Below, piece by piece: positions 27,849 to 42,324 of a stretch of 64,000 nucleotides of DNA; position 1 is the stretch's first letter, and every line of letters starts with the position of its first letter. The notes under the pieces were generated by a model. It did not search any database. It was not told the DNA's origin and saw only the letters and a list, made by a program, of their open reading frames with translations. Both the position numbers and the translations under genes were made by a program. Where the stretch lies: assembly GCA_951406725.2 (NCBI GenBank), contig OX597816.1, positions 40,238,001-40,302,000 of the forward strand, given 5' to 3'. This stretch comes from Octopus vulgaris (lineage: Eukaryota).

Positions 27849-28064
27849 ATGTATCTATGTATATAATCACTAACAAACCTAACGTTTCATATTAATAACC
27901 ACGCTGTATATGGAGAGGTTATTTTTGTTACAATGTCAAAATACATTGCATTTTAATCGTGCTACTACGTCTATTCCTTGTCGTCTTACATGAAGTTAAT
28001 ACAGCTTGACTTTTGTCTATATAGTCATGTATTTTTCGAATAATTATCCTTATTATCGCTATAT

Positions 28065-28550
28065 TCATTGTAAGGGTCTTTCCTTACGTCTTGCTTCGCC
28101 GTCAAGACATTGGCATCCTTTGATAATCTCTAATTTATCATTCACAGTGAACACTTTCATTTTCATACCAGGATTTTTCCAGTAAGATTCATCCATTATC
28201 GTTGAATGTAAACTATGTCGTATGCTTTGATGGAGTGGATGGAACAGAACAATTACTTCATGACTCACAAAGCTGACAATGGCACGACATTTATTAAATA
28301 TAAGTACCTAGTTTGCCGTTGTTTTACAATACGGTCATAGCAGGGAGCACAAGGTCTTTTTATGCATATTCACTCGTAAAGTTAAATCCCAATAGCCGTT
28401 TTCATGACTGCAGTATTTATTCCATAATCCGAAATTTTTTTTATATGCTACTAAAATGTGGTGCCGGAAAATAATAGTGGTAGAAGCAGTCCGCACTACG
28501 CAGTCTCAAAATTACGTCAACTACCGAGTGTTACAGAAAAGTTTACACTG
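28065..28550 (-). mobile_element. Tigger/pogo-like remnant
   Basis: KVFTVNDKLEIIK resembles a pogo N-terminal psq HTH; CAGTGTAAAC-type terminus at 28550. Confidence 0.4.
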
Positions 28551-28627
28551 CATCATTTACAACAGCAAAGCAATTTTTCACTTGGTATCTGAAAATATTA
28601 ACTTGTATATGGTATGTGTTTAAATCA

Positions 28628-28861
28628 AAGGCGGCGAGCTGGCAGAAACGTTAGCACGCCGGGTGAAATGCGTAACCGTATTTCGTCTGCTGTTACGTTC
28701 TGAGTTCAAATTCCGCCGAGGTCGACTTTGCCTTTCATCCTTTCGGGGTCGATAAATTAAGTACCAGTTACGCACTGGGGTCGATGTAATCGACTTAATC
28801 CGTTTGTTTGTCCTTGTTTGTCCCCTCTGGGTTTAGCCCCTTGTGGGTAGTAAATAAATAA
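28628..28861 (+). mobile_element. SINE-A monomer with 16-bp TSD
   Basis: TSD gtatgtgtttaaatca at 28612-28627 and 28862-28877. Confidence 0.95.
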
Positions 28862-29009
28862 GTATGTGTTTAAATCAGAGAAGATTCAGCCTATTCGCCT
28901 TCTTGACCTAATAAATACCCTTTCTACTGCTTCATTTGCCACAATCACGATCAACAGCATCAGTATAAACAAATAACAATGGCACACACATGATCCTAAA
29001 CAACGAGTA

Positions 29010-29486
29010 CTGTAAATCATCGAGTATAATCCGCATTTTTTCCCCAAAATTTAATGGTCAAAATCCCTAGTGCGTACTATATACGAGGTTAAAAATGAAG
29101 AATATTTTCTAAGCAATATCCGAGTCTCTATTCGCTGTCCGGTAATGTTTATTCAGACGCATTTTGTGATGTCGGGCGCGAAAATACCTTAAGCTTGAAA
29201 GCAACATTTATTGAAATAAAAGTATTCAGATCACAGGATAACATGTAACAAAAACAATTTGCAAACATATTTACATTCCCATATAACAGTTAAAAACATC
29301 ACCATTATTGTATTACGCATGCTCGGAAGTGTTTGTTCGACTAGATGCTGCTGGCCTAACTATGCACGACTCAAGTTAGAGAAAGAGTGCGTATTATACA
29401 CCAGGTTTAGGTTTTTCAGAGGTACAACCCCCTAAAAATCCCCTGCGTGTTATACTGAAGGGCGAATTATACTCGACGATTTACGG
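29010..29486. mobile_element. Non-autonomous Tc2/pogo-type MITE
   Basis: 25-bp TIRs CTGTAAATCATCGAGTATAATCCGC and CCGTAAATCGTCGAGTATAATTCGC, TA on both sides, subterminal gcgt.ttatac repeats. Confidence 0.85.
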
Positions 29487-29921
29487 TATCTCTATATGAG
29501 AAATTCTCAGCCCACTAAATATGTGTGGCCGTCGTCGATTAATGTCAATCATACGTTTACATATGTATGCGCATGTTTGCATAAGATATTTTGAAGACTA
29601 GCGTTTGCCCATACATGCATTTCCCTCCACTCTTCACACCAAATATTCCTATTCAAAAGAAAAGGTCACCGATTTAGCCCGATACAGCATTACAACAGTG
29701 TCATAGCAGTCTTTGTTATCAGAACGCAAGGAGCTGGAAAAGGCATCACAAGGAATCTTGGGACGATTCTCAAATAGATCTGAAAATCTGTCATTCGGAC
29801 TGGTGTTATTTTATTAACTTTGAAAAAATGAAAGACAATATTGGCCGTGATGGGATTAGAGCAACTTGGGATAAAACATTATGAAGATTCAGCCTATTTG
29901 CCTCCTTGACTTAATAAATAC

Positions 29922-30103
29922 CCTTTCTACTTTATGCACGAGGCCTGGAATTTTTGGGGTAGGGAGGGTAGTTGATTACATCGATCCCGAAAAGGACGAA
30001 AGTCAAATCGACCTCGGCAGAATTTGAACTCAGAAGGTAAAGCCAAAAGAAATGCTGCTAAGAATTTTGCCTGGCGAGCTAGCGATTCTGGCAAGTCGCT
30101 GCC
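29922..30103 (-). mobile_element. SINE-A (A2 tail)
   Basis: Reverse SINE-A body; tail reads cctttctact...aggcctggaattt on the + strand. Confidence 0.8.
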
Positions 30104-30207
30104 TTTCTTGACTGACTAAATATAGCAACAAAATACCCCCCAAATCAATTATTGGATTGTCTGACAAATTCATATTTTTTTCATTTGTTTTAATTCTTTC
30201 TAACATT

Positions 30208-30423
30208 GATTTCAAATTCTGGCACAAAGCCGAGAATTTTGTGAGAGGGGGTCAGTCGATTACCGTCGACCCCAGTGTTTAACTGGTACTTTTTGTATCA
30301 ACCCTCGAAAGGATGCAAGGCAATGTCGGCGTCAGCGGAATTTGAACTCAGAACGTGCAGACGGACGAAATGTCGCTAAGCATTTTGCCCGACGCGCTAA
30401 CGATTCTGTCGGTTCGCTACCTT
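30208..30423 (-). mobile_element. SINE-A (A2 tail) with about 18-bp TSD
   Basis: ttaattctttctaa.att at 30190 and 30422. Confidence 0.85.
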
Positions 30424-31134
30424 AATTCTTTCTAATATTAAATAAATTAGCCAGAAAAATATCTTTTCGTAGTGTCTTGTGTTTTTTTTTGTAGTTCTAT
30501 TCTTCCTTTGCAACTTTTTTTTTTATTACTTTTGAAATTTGAATAAATTTTACATTTTTCTGATATATAACAATAGATCACCAAGTAGAAAAAAAAGAAA
30601 AAAAAAACGAAAAAACGAACGAATTTATTTGATAATCCAATGCATTAAAATAAACCCCGAAAAGCAACAACCACTACAACTACATATATTAGATTTAGTA
30701 GTATCAAATATACTGTGTAAAAATGGAATGGTCCTAGCTGAATTGTAATTGAATTTAATTCCGCTCTATCAGAACCGACCAGGGAATAAACTCACCAACA
30801 ACAATACTGTACTCTGTACAGTACTACAGACTTCAGTGCTGTACTAAGTTACATTCTCCTCTACATTATCGTTCAGCTTTATGTATGTCTTTGTCGGTTG
30901 TATATTTATTCAACCGTGATATTTCATTGCATATTAAACAGCGTTTATGTATGAATAAAAGCTGCAGATGTTAGCACTTTCAAATGAATTTGATGAGAAA
31001 CGAATAATTCGAATAATGTCTGTCATCAAATCATACTCTCAACTATGTAAAAGCTTGTCCCCATCTTTTCCAGAGACGAATAGCTGCATACACATGTATG
31101 TATTTAGTATGTACCCATGTATTATATGTATGTA

Positions 31135-31931
31135 CGACATGCATTCAAAAAGTATCACTTGCCAAAAGTCATGTCGCGTGGGCAAAATCCTTTGGGTAGG
31201 AGGTGAGTCCGCACTTACTGCGCATGTGCGATATTTTGGCGTCGGATTTTCATCTTCCCGCAAAATAACGGAACACATCGAGCAGAGACCACTGATGATA
31301 GTTTTCATGAAGTCTGGGTCGTGGCTGGCACAGTAATGCATGTTCTGAGTGATTTCCATGTGGAGTTGCTTCAGCTTCTCCGCCAATAGCTTGAGGACGA
31401 ATATCGTACGCACAAATCCTCTGTTAATATAGAATGCACTGATCCTGAGCTATTCCCCACTTCGTGAGCAATTTCTTGGATTGTTACACGACGGTCTTCC
31501 ATGACTATTCGCTGAACCACCTCAATTGGCTCCTCGTTATGGCTCGTGGATAACTTGCCTGAGCGTGTCACACCCTCCGTTGTGGTGCGGCCATATCTGA
31601 AGTGCTTATGGCACTCATTTGTCCATGGCATAATCGCTAAAGGCCTGCTTAATCTTCTGTGTGATTTGAGCTTGAGTGTCATGAAGCTTTTGACAAAACT
31701 TGTTGCGATATATCTGCTAAATGCGTTCGGTGAAGACGAAAGTTTGACTAGCGAGCAACTACATGTCTTACTCTAGGCATACACATCCTAGAACTGACGC
31801 TGTCATTCGACGCGAAAATTTTTACGCATGTGCAAGAAGGGTGGCGTCACCTTCCATCAAAAGGATTTTCCCCATGTGGCATTGATTTAGGCGGGAAAAA
31901 ATACAGTCGGATACCTCTTGAACAAACCTCC
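31135..31931 (-). mobile_element. Internally deleted mariner element
   Basis: HTH fragment RSGKLST...IVMEDRRVTIQEIAHEVGNSSGSVHSIL; decayed TIRs cga...ttcaaaaagtatc flanked by TA. Confidence 0.8.
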
Positions 31932-31974
31932 TATTTATGTTATATGTCAATAGTATGTGTTACTGACTGCATAT

Positions 31975-32228
31975 AATTCAGTGAAAGGTAGGAGAGTCCA
32001 GTTTGCTGGATATTGTTGTAGAGCTGAAAAAGAAGTAATTTCTACTCTTCTCCTCTGGAAGCCATCTACTCGCAATACCAGAGGGCACACACTCTCCTAC
32101 CCTGATGTAATCTCCAGGGATACAGGCATCCAGCAACAGGACCTATGTAATGCCATGATGGACCGTGAAGTCTGGCGTAGCATGGTAAATTCCATTGACT
32201 CGACCACGGTCAAACAATGATGATGATA
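31975..32228 (+). mobile_element. RTE-type LINE 3' fragment
   Basis: RRVQFAGYCCR...LLWKP...DREVWR C-terminus, short UTR, (TGA)n tail. Confidence 0.8.
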
Positions 32229-32828
32229 ACTCAGTACAACCTATTAAATGCTCAGTCTGTCTGCAAGTAAGCCGGCAACCCTACAATGCTTGCTTGGTAT
32301 GGTGAGTAGTTTTATCTGGACATTCTATAGGACGAAAACAAAACTTGTTAAACGGCAGATGAACTCACTAGTGTTAACGATTAACCAACAACTGTGAGTG
32401 AAAGATCCATAGTCTTTCTTTAGATATCTCCATTGGAGGAAGACAACTCTGATGCAACATTTGCAGCTTCCTTTGCATTCAATGACAAGTTCGTTTTGGA
32501 TAAAAACATATATATTGATTAGGGAATGGGAGTGGCTCTGTGCAAGGCGTTTTCTCACTTTGAAAAGCTTTAGGTCTGGCTAGTACTTGATATTTAACAT
32601 CTCTATTGTGTGTTGAATAGTGTGGTTGGCCGTAGTCGGAATAGTCAAAACTATCAACGAAAATCTTCGTGACGCATTAAGGTTTATGAACAACTGCTAC
32701 AGGAGGTACCCATATCTGTGCAAAAGCGTGTATCTCCCAGCCACACCCGTACAGCTTATGCTTCAGAGGAAACTGAAGTGATGGCATTGTGTAAAATCGA
32801 ATTGCAACCATCACGTATTTTATATATA

Positions 32829-33253
32829 TGTTTCATATGTTTCTTTATTACCCACAAGGGGCTAAACATAGAGGGGACAAACAAGGACAGACAAATGAAT
32901 TAAGTCGATTACATCGACTCCAGTGCGTAACTGGTACTTAATTTGTCGACCCCGAAAGGATGAAAGGCAAAGTCGACCTCGGCGGAATTTGAACTCAGAA
33001 CGTGACGGCAGACGAAATTCCTATTTCTTTTCTACCCACAAGGGGCTGAACATAGCGGGAACAAACAAGGACAGACAAACGGATTAAGTCGATTATATCG
33101 GCCCCAGTGCGTAACTGGTACTTAATTTGTCGACAACGAAAGGATGAAAGGCAAAGTCGACCTCGGCGGAATTTGAACTCAGAACGTAACGGCAGACGAA
33201 ATACGGCTACGCATTTCACCCGGCGTGCTAACGGTTCTGCCAGCTCGCCGCCT
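32829..33253 (-). mobile_element. SINE-A with two tandem modules, 18-bp TSD
   Basis: TSD tcacgtattttatatata at 32811-32828 and 33254-33271. Confidence 0.95.
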
Positions 33254-33594
33254 TCACGTATTTTATATATACACACTAGAGAGCTACTTGTATGACGGTT
33301 AAGTTTGGAAGTATACCTTTCTCACAATGGGTAATATTAGGAAATGTGGCATACATTCAATGGTTATAATTCAGATTCTATTAAATTTTTCCCTATTATA
33401 CAAACGATGAAATAAATAGTAATTTTCAAAGAAAAAAATATTTATTACCTTAAAATAAAATTACATAAAACATATTTCCCACTTGAACATTTAAACATTT
33501 ACTTATTTGTTTCGCTTAGGATTTCATTTTTGTTTCTTTTTCAATTTCATATGTGTATGTTTGTGTGTGAGATGGATAAATATATATATATATT

Positions 33595-33670
<76 letters not shown>

Positions 33671-34400
33671 TAGAGATAGATAGACAGAGAAAGAGCGAGC
33701 GAGAGATAGAGAGATGTGTATGTGGGAATAATTGTGATACATTTTTCACACTAATTTTTCAACATTCGAGACAAGCGGTGAATAAAGAAAAAAAGAAATT
33801 TAGAAGCAACAGTTTCTGGCAAAAACATAACACGCGTGTCTCCAAGTACACACACACACACACACATACGCAAACATAGAGGCACATAAGCGTTTTCACG
33901 CATATTTATGACCCTCTCTCTCCTACACAAACTCATAGACATTCTCTCATATATAAACACAAATGGACAGTTTAAACTACCGCTCAATATACACATCTTA
34001 TTTTAGCTCGTTTTCTAAATCTCCATCAAACTCAGTAAAAAATGCTTCCATAACTGTACAAAATGAATGTCATTTTGAAAGAGGATAAATACATTTGACA
34101 TTTAGTTTAGACAAGAATTCAAAATCGGTGTTGTTACTCTAACAACACCTATAAGAAGTAGAAGTTTGTAAATCAGGAAGAAAATATGCATATTTTCTTT
34201 AGACACATAACAATGAGATCGTTACGCTAATGTATATATGTATGTAAATATGTGTTTACTGTAGGTTCACGCATATATAATATAATGAATAGAAAAACTT
34301 CCATTAAGTGAGAATATTTATGCCATCAGTAGAGAAGAATTCCCTCTTCGACAGTTGGATGAATGTGTAAATGTGTGTGTGTATAAGTGGGTGAATGTGA

Positions 34401-34544
<144 letters not shown>

Positions 34545-34545
34545 G

Positions 34546-34593
<48 letters not shown>

Positions 34594-34701
34594 CCTTGGA
34601 TTTATATTACATATATGAATATATGGTGCTGTATGTGTATGTTTGTGCGTGTGTGTATACACTCACACGCGCACACACACACATATACACACAATTCATA
34701 C

Positions 34702-34741
<40 letters not shown>

Positions 34742-34863
34742 CATGCATATGCACACAGACACACATGTATGTACATACACATACACAGAAGCAAACATTT
34801 AAACTTTTAGCAGATGTTATTCTGTAAAATTGTATCAACTGATATTACAAACATGTTTGAATT

Positions 34864-35051
<188 letters not shown>

Positions 35052-35074
35052 GTATATATATATATATGTATGTG

Positions 35075-36346
35075 CAGGGTGAGGAAGCGAAATTTACAAT
35101 ATTTTGAGGCAGGGCTTGAAAGACATTGTATGACCAATTAGTTTATTGAAAGTCATGAGAATTATTTGCCACAAGAAAATTTACATAACAGAAAATGTTT
35201 TTATTCTATGTGTCCTCCTTCTTTCTCAATAACTGCCTTCACACGGTTCCTGAAACTTGCGCAAGTGTTCCTCAAATATTCGGGAGATAAAGTCTCCAAT
35301 TCTTCTTTAATAGTTTTTAAGAGAGTCGACATTACTGTGTGATGTTCTATTGGTAGCATGTTCTAAAACGCCCAGAGGGTTTAGATTTGGGCTAGAAGGT
35401 GGCCATAAACATGATTCCAAAAAATTGCTGAAGTTGGATTTGCAGAAATCTTGTATTTTTCTAGCTGTGTGCGCTGGAGTACCATCCTGTGTCCATACAT
35501 AATTACCATCTGGGTAGTTTGCTTTAAGCCATGGCAATACATGGTATCTCAGAGTCCTGTAGTAAGTATTAACGTTGATCATTTCATCAGCTATGTAGAA
35601 TTTTATAGGCATTTTCTTTCCATCGGAAGCCACAACACTAAAAACCATAACTTGAGCAGGATGTTTTGTTTTGAATGTCCCCTTAAGCTCAGCTGTTGAT
35701 TTTGCGATAAATCTGTCACTTCTGCTGTTCAGAGCAGCATCGACAGTGAAGATCTTTTCATCTGAAAAAGATCGTTAAAATGGAGGACCTTTTCTTGAAC
35801 CATGTAATAATTTTCTTGCACCTTTCCAATCTCTTTTCCTTCATAGCTGTTGTCAACAAGTATTTTGGTGTTCTTATGTAAGATTTTAACCTCAAATCAT
35901 ATTTTACTGCATTTCTAATTGTCTTGTTGACTACCTCAAGTTCAATTGCCATTTTTCTCATGGATTAGGTTGGATCCTATAGGATTTTGGATTTGAGAGC
36001 TTTAATAACAGCTTTGGTACGTTTTTGTTGATTCCTCCACTTCCAGACCTCCTCATAATAGTTTTGCTCATAGTCATTCTATTCTTTACATTATAAACAG
36101 TCTTTATGGACACTCCAACAATTCTTGAAATCTCCTTTGGTGTGACGAGTGCATTCAGCAAATTACACACTCTTTGACTTTTGCTTTCCTGATTACTCAT
36201 ATGGGCAAACGTTTCTGAAAAGGTAAGGATAATAGTGTTAGGTATGATTACGACATCAATATATGCTAGGTTTCAAAACAATTGACTTAGTGCCTGCTGA
36301 GAAAAAACAACTTAATGTTCATTGTAAATTTTGCTTCCCCACCCTG
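35075..36346 (-). mobile_element. Near full-length DD37D (maT-type) Tc1/mariner transposon
   Basis: 26-bp TIRs CAGGGTG(A/G)GGAAGC(G/A)AAATTTACAAT in (TA)n context; 1272 bp. Confidence 0.92.
35205..36200 (-). pseudogene. Frameshifted maT transposase
   Basis: HTH, SDEK, QDG.PAH...WPPSSPNLNPL (37 residues after the second D); third D deleted. Confidence 0.9.
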
Positions 36347-36377
<31 letters not shown>

Positions 36378-36386
36378 ATATATATG

Positions 36387-36467
<81 letters not shown>

Positions 36468-36581
36468 CAATTAAGGATAAAATCTTAATAAGAAATCTTA
36501 ACAGGAAATTATCAGGTAGTTACCGTGAAAAACCTCATAAGAGAAAAAATCTGAAAATTTTTTCACTTGAAAATATTTATT

Positions 36582-36784
36582 TATATTATATAGAGGGCAT
36601 TATTATAAATAAATGCCACACGCTAGGAGGGACTTTCAAAGTCATTACTACCAAAAATAAACGAATCGTACCGAATGTAGCTCTCGAAGCAAGACATTTA
36701 AAAACAGAATTTAGTTCCAGATCACCTGTGATTTCGCAATTAACGTATTATCTACGTGTGGCATTTATGTGTAATAATGCCCTC

Positions 36785-36795
<11 letters not shown>
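36582..36795. repeat. About 41-bp inverted repeat in a short element embedded in (TA)n
   Basis: tatagagggcattattataaataaatgccacacg vs cgtgtggcatttatgtgtaataatgccctctata. Confidence 0.85.
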
Positions 36796-36854
<59 letters not shown>

Positions 36855-36867
36855 ACATACATACATA

Positions 36868-36929
<62 letters not shown>

Positions 36930-37070
36930 TACATGCAAATATATATATATATATAATCTATGAATAATGTACGGTAAACAAACGACATAACGTATACTGA
37001 ATGTAAAAACAAACAGAGAGTCCGTAACACATCATCAGTTATCGACCGATTGGTAATATTCAGTTTCGTA

Positions 37071-37286
37071 GAAGGCTCCTAGGTGGCAGAAACTTTAGCA
37101 CGCCGGGCGAAATGCTTAGCAGTATTTCGTCTGTCTTTACGTTCTGAGTTGAAATTCCACTGAGGTCGACTTTGGTTTTCATCCTTTCGAGGTCGATAAA
37201 TTAAATACCAGTTCCAGACTGGGTTCGATCTAATCGACTAGCCCCCTCCCCCAAAATTTCGGGCCTTGTGCCTAGTGTAGGAAAGG
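37071..37286 (+). mobile_element. SINE-A (A2 tail) with 15-bp TSD
   Basis: atattcagtttcgta at 37056-37070 and 37287-37301. Confidence 0.9.
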
Positions 37287-37316
37287 ATATTCAGTTTCGT
37301 ACTTTTAGCGGCGATG

Positions 37317-37345
<29 letters not shown>

Positions 37346-37347
<2 letters not shown>

Positions 37348-38205
37348 AGGCGTGGAGAATAAATTGTCGTCTAAATTACGCAAAAATGAAAATGGCACTG
37401 ACATCTCATTTTAGCAGATATGTTTACCAAAATTACATAACACTATCTTGAAATACTAAAGAGTAAATATTTTCAATGAAATCACACTTGGCTTTAACCA
37501 CGGGTTCCAGACAACTTCGGAATCTCCTGCAGCCCTCCTGGGCGGTCTTCATGTTTAAGTTGGTGAATGCTGTTATAATCCTTGTCTTCAGTTCATTTTT
37601 GGTGTCACAAGGAGTTTTGTTGGTCTCTCGCTCAATTGCGCTTCATATGTAATAATGAAGGGGGTCCCAGTCTGGGAAGTTAGGAGGCCAGGTGTTAGGG
37701 GAGATTTGGTCGCAGAGATTGTTTGATAGCCATGACTGGGTTCTCCTGCTTGTGTGGCATGGTGCAGAGTCCTGTTGCCATACACAGGTTCTTCCGGCTT
37801 CCACTCTCTTGATCCAGGGCAGCACGATCTTGTCCAGGCACTTGATGTAGACCTCCGTGTTGAGTTTGAGACCGTATGGGAAGATGAATAGAGGCATAAC
37901 GTCGCCATCACTACTAATCACTCCATACTCCATGATGTTGAATGGATGTTTGATTTTTATCACTCTCGGTACATGTACTCAGATTGCACATTCCTCGCTT
38001 TGGAGCTTCCGGTGCGAATGCAAGGCACATACAGCATGTCGTTTCCAAATTTCTGGTTGAGTGAATTGTGTCATGGTTCTGTTTTTCTCACAGACGGTGC
38101 CCAACTGACCCTACTATATTGTGTAGTCGACAAAATTAAAAAAACATAAAATGCGCGTGCGCAAATTAAAATATAAAATGGCGACAATTTACCCACTGCA
38201 CCCTG
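37346..38205 (-). mobile_element. Internally deleted DD37D/maT element (second family)
   Basis: WQQDSAPCHT...WPPNFPDWDPLH(D)Y with 37-residue spacing; decayed TIRs ending TAAATTGTCG. Confidence 0.85.
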
Positions 38206-38803
38206 TGTACATATACCGGGTATATATGCGCACGCACACATACACATACGTACACACATATAAGCACAGACACACAGACATTCGCACACTCGCACACAAT
38301 CATACATACGTATATATACACACACACGCACGTACAAGCACACACGCACACATACACTAAGTCTAAGCACAGTTACTCGCCATACACACAAAAAAACGCA
38401 CACGTACACACACACATACTACAACAAAACACACACACGATACATATACACGCACACACACATACCTCCCTGCTGCTGACCGCCTCTGACTTGCTAGGGT
38501 ACCCCCACCCACTCCTTAATTCCCTACTGCTTGCTACCAGCCATCATCCACCATTCCGCCACTGCTGCTATTAGCCTCGTCCACCATACACACACATACA
38601 CACACACGCACACACTCACACACACACCCTTGTCATCTCGCACATCTTTTTTACCATTCATTCTCTGACCCGCTCTTTTGTTTTTAAAAAACACTTTTCC
38701 TTCCTTTTGACCACTTCCGTCCTTTTAGTATGTGACCTCGTGTAGACTACCTGCAATTTTTTTTCCTCTGTCCTTCCCATCTCGGGATGTTTCTTTCTCC
38801 TAT

Positions 38804-38838
38804 GTTTCCGACGAAAAGCTCCGCTCGAAACCTCAAAC
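38804..38838 (+). ncRNA. Degenerate minimal HHR motif in a PLE-like repeat (about 38630-38930)
   Basis: GTTT CCGACGA a AAGC-tcc-GCTC GAAA CC TC AAAC; downstream TTCCTGAGCGT. Confidence 0.55.
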
Positions 38839-38951
38839 CCTCCTTCTTCCCTTCTTTCCTGAGCGTCCAATAATACTTTATTTGTTCCACATCCTTGCGT
38901 TGTTGTTTTTTGTTTTCTTGTTTGGATTAACTTTATATATATATATATATG

Positions 38952-39422
38952 CAGGGTGCGATGTGTAAATTGTCGCTGCCCTGGGTCAAGAGGTTAGCTG
39001 CTGGAACACCCTATGTTTGGCAACAGGACTCTGCACCATGTCACACAAGCAGGAAAACCCAGTCCTGGTGGTCAAAAATTTCTGAACCCACATCATCCCT
39101 AACATCTGGTCACGTAATTCTCCAGACTGAGACCCTCTCGATTATCATATGTGGGGCACAAAACTCCTTGTAACAACATAGATGAATTGGACGAAAGGAT
39201 TATGGCATAATTCACAAACTTAATCACGGAGACCATCCAGAAGAGCTGCAGTAAATTCCAAAGTCATCTAGAGGCTGTGGTTGAAGCCAAGGGCGATTTT
39301 ATTGAATAAATTTACTCTTTAGTATTTCAAGTTATTTTTATGTAATTTTGGTAAATGTATCTTTTAGAATGTGTTATTTTCAATTTTGCGTAATTTGGAC
39401 GACAATTTATTCGCCGCACTTG
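38952..39422 (+). mobile_element. Deletion derivative of the same maT family
   Basis: TIR cagggtgcgatgtgtaaattgtcgc fused directly to LPWVKR...QQDSAPCHT; right TIR gacgacaatttattcgccgcacttg. Confidence 0.85.
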
Positions 39423-39481
39423 TTATCTACAAATACACACACACACACATATATTTATATATATATATTATATATGTATAA

Positions 39482-39551
<70 letters not shown>

Positions 39552-39789
39552 ACATACATACATACATCCATACATATGTATGTGTGTATATATATGTGTA
39601 TGTATATAAATCTTTGTATGTATGTATCTGTCTGTCTATCTGTCTGTCTGTCTATCTATCTGTCTACCTATCTATCTAGGTACGTTAAGGGTAATAGGAA
39701 AAATAGAATTCAAAATAGATAGATAGATAGTCATATATTTTTGCTAATATCTAGCAGGATGACTCAAGCTTCGAGAGTTTCGTGCATTG

Positions 39790-39886
<97 letters not shown>

Positions 39887-40081
39887 AGCAACATGCCGAA
39901 AAGTGAAACGTTAATCCTTCGACAGATCATTGTCCAATAGGACGTGACCTGAAGACTCCACACCTTCCGCTTGTGATGGAGTCGTAGGGGAATTGCTGTG
40001 ATATACAGCGTATCTTGGGCATTAGATATAACAAAGACCATTCCTCTCCAGATCCGACAAAAGCCGAGTTCTTCCAGAAAC

Positions 40082-40129
<48 letters not shown>

Positions 40130-40886
40130 AGAGAGGGAGGTAGTGAAGAGAGAAGTAGAATCAATCTTAGTAGAGTAATGCCTTTACCAACTCTAAAAAG
40201 ATGAAAGGCAAAAATAGACCTCAGTTGTATTTGACTTCAGAATGCAGAAAGCCAGAACCAAAACTGGCAGACTATTTTATGCTACCTTGGCAATTCGTCT
40301 CCTTATAGACATCATTGTTTAACATCTGTTTTCTTATTTCGCACTTTTGTCCGAGCACGGTAAAGTATTCCAGGATTATAAATATATAGCCAATAATTAC
40401 ACTGTTTTATTGTTTTTTTTTCTATTTTTCAAAAGTATATTTTCTATATTACGTTATTTATTTCGTTTAAATTATTTAAAAAAATAATATCAGTAAGTCC
40501 TTTACAAAACAAAAACAAAACAAAATACCAAAACAAACCAACAAACAAACAAGCAAAAACTAAAAGCGACGCGTCTAACCAAAATTTCTATGACTACATC
40601 TATAGTAATTTAGCAGAATCTACTACATGGACAATCATACGGTTACAGCTAGACCATAACAGTTTATCAACCACAACATATACCCAAAAAAAAAAAAAAA
40701 GAAAAACTAATAAAATAAATAAAATAAAGACGTATATAGAAAAAAGGATAAAAAATAAAAATAAATTGGTAAACTACTCAACCAAATAAATACTGAAGTA
40801 CTAAATAGTTGGTCTTTATTGAAACTGATGTCATTATATTCAATTGATTTCATTTAACGACTATATAATAAATAGAACTGTTATAC

Positions 40887-40933
<47 letters not shown>

Positions 40934-41589
40934 TATGTATACATATATATATATACATATAGACACACACATATAGGTATATATATGTATATATATATAT
41001 GTGTGTAATATATATATATGTATATATATATATACGTATGCATGTATTTATGTGTGCATATATATATATATATTTATATATATACGTATATTTATATGTA
41101 TATATATGAAAGAAATAAAACTATTACATATATGTATGTGTGTGTATGTGTACGTTTTATCTCCAGCCAATACCATTAAAAACAGCGGTCTTTCTTTATA
41201 TTTTTATATATATATTTTATATATGTGTTTTTTTTTATTTTTGTTAGTGTTGTTCTGTTTGTTTCTTTTTTTTTCCTTTTTTTTTTTTGGTTTTCCACTA
41301 TGTTAACTTTCGTGATTCCAGATATAAAATCGAGACAAAGCTTATATTTTTATTTTTATGTTCACTGGTATCTCTCTATATTTCCTTTTCGGTCATCACA
41401 CACAAAGATATACCATTGCTAATATTTTCATACATACATACATACAAGCATACATGCATACATACATACATATATATACACACACAAACACACATATACA
41501 TATATATTTGTGTGCGTTCGTCTGTGCGTGTGTATATATGAAACTAGTATCCAGACATGAGACTTCAAAGAAAAATGTTTATATATATT

Positions 41590-41668
<79 letters not shown>

Positions 41669-41881
41669 CGTACATACGTTGAAAACGTATAGTCTATGTT
41701 CTTTACTAATGAACTTGCGCTTTTCATCTCAGATAAACACCATATACTTTTAGATTTTAGATTCGCACATGAGCACTCACTCACGAGGACTTTATTCATA
41801 CGAGTAAAAAAAAGAATTTCTCCTACATCTTTCGCTGTATAACTTACATATTTACGCACACAAATTCACAAATAAAATCTG

Positions 41882-41973
<92 letters not shown>

Positions 41974-42207
41974 GTCTATCTATCTATCTACCTATCTATC
42001 AATACACACATACACACACGCACACACACACATACACAACACACATATATATATATACATATATACATACACACATATGTTTTTACATGCATGCATGCAT
42101 GCATACACATATACACTTACATACACACACATATATGTTTGCATAGATATAATTGTATACAGCAAAGAAAGGCTTTATATTTATATATATATGTATATAT
42201 ATATATG

Positions 42208-42324
<117 letters not shown>

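Noticed and set aside
39765-39990. HHR-like fragments around the (CA)n tract and a GACTCCA/TGGAGTC hairpin
   Set aside because: Core elements cannot be joined into a valid three-way junction
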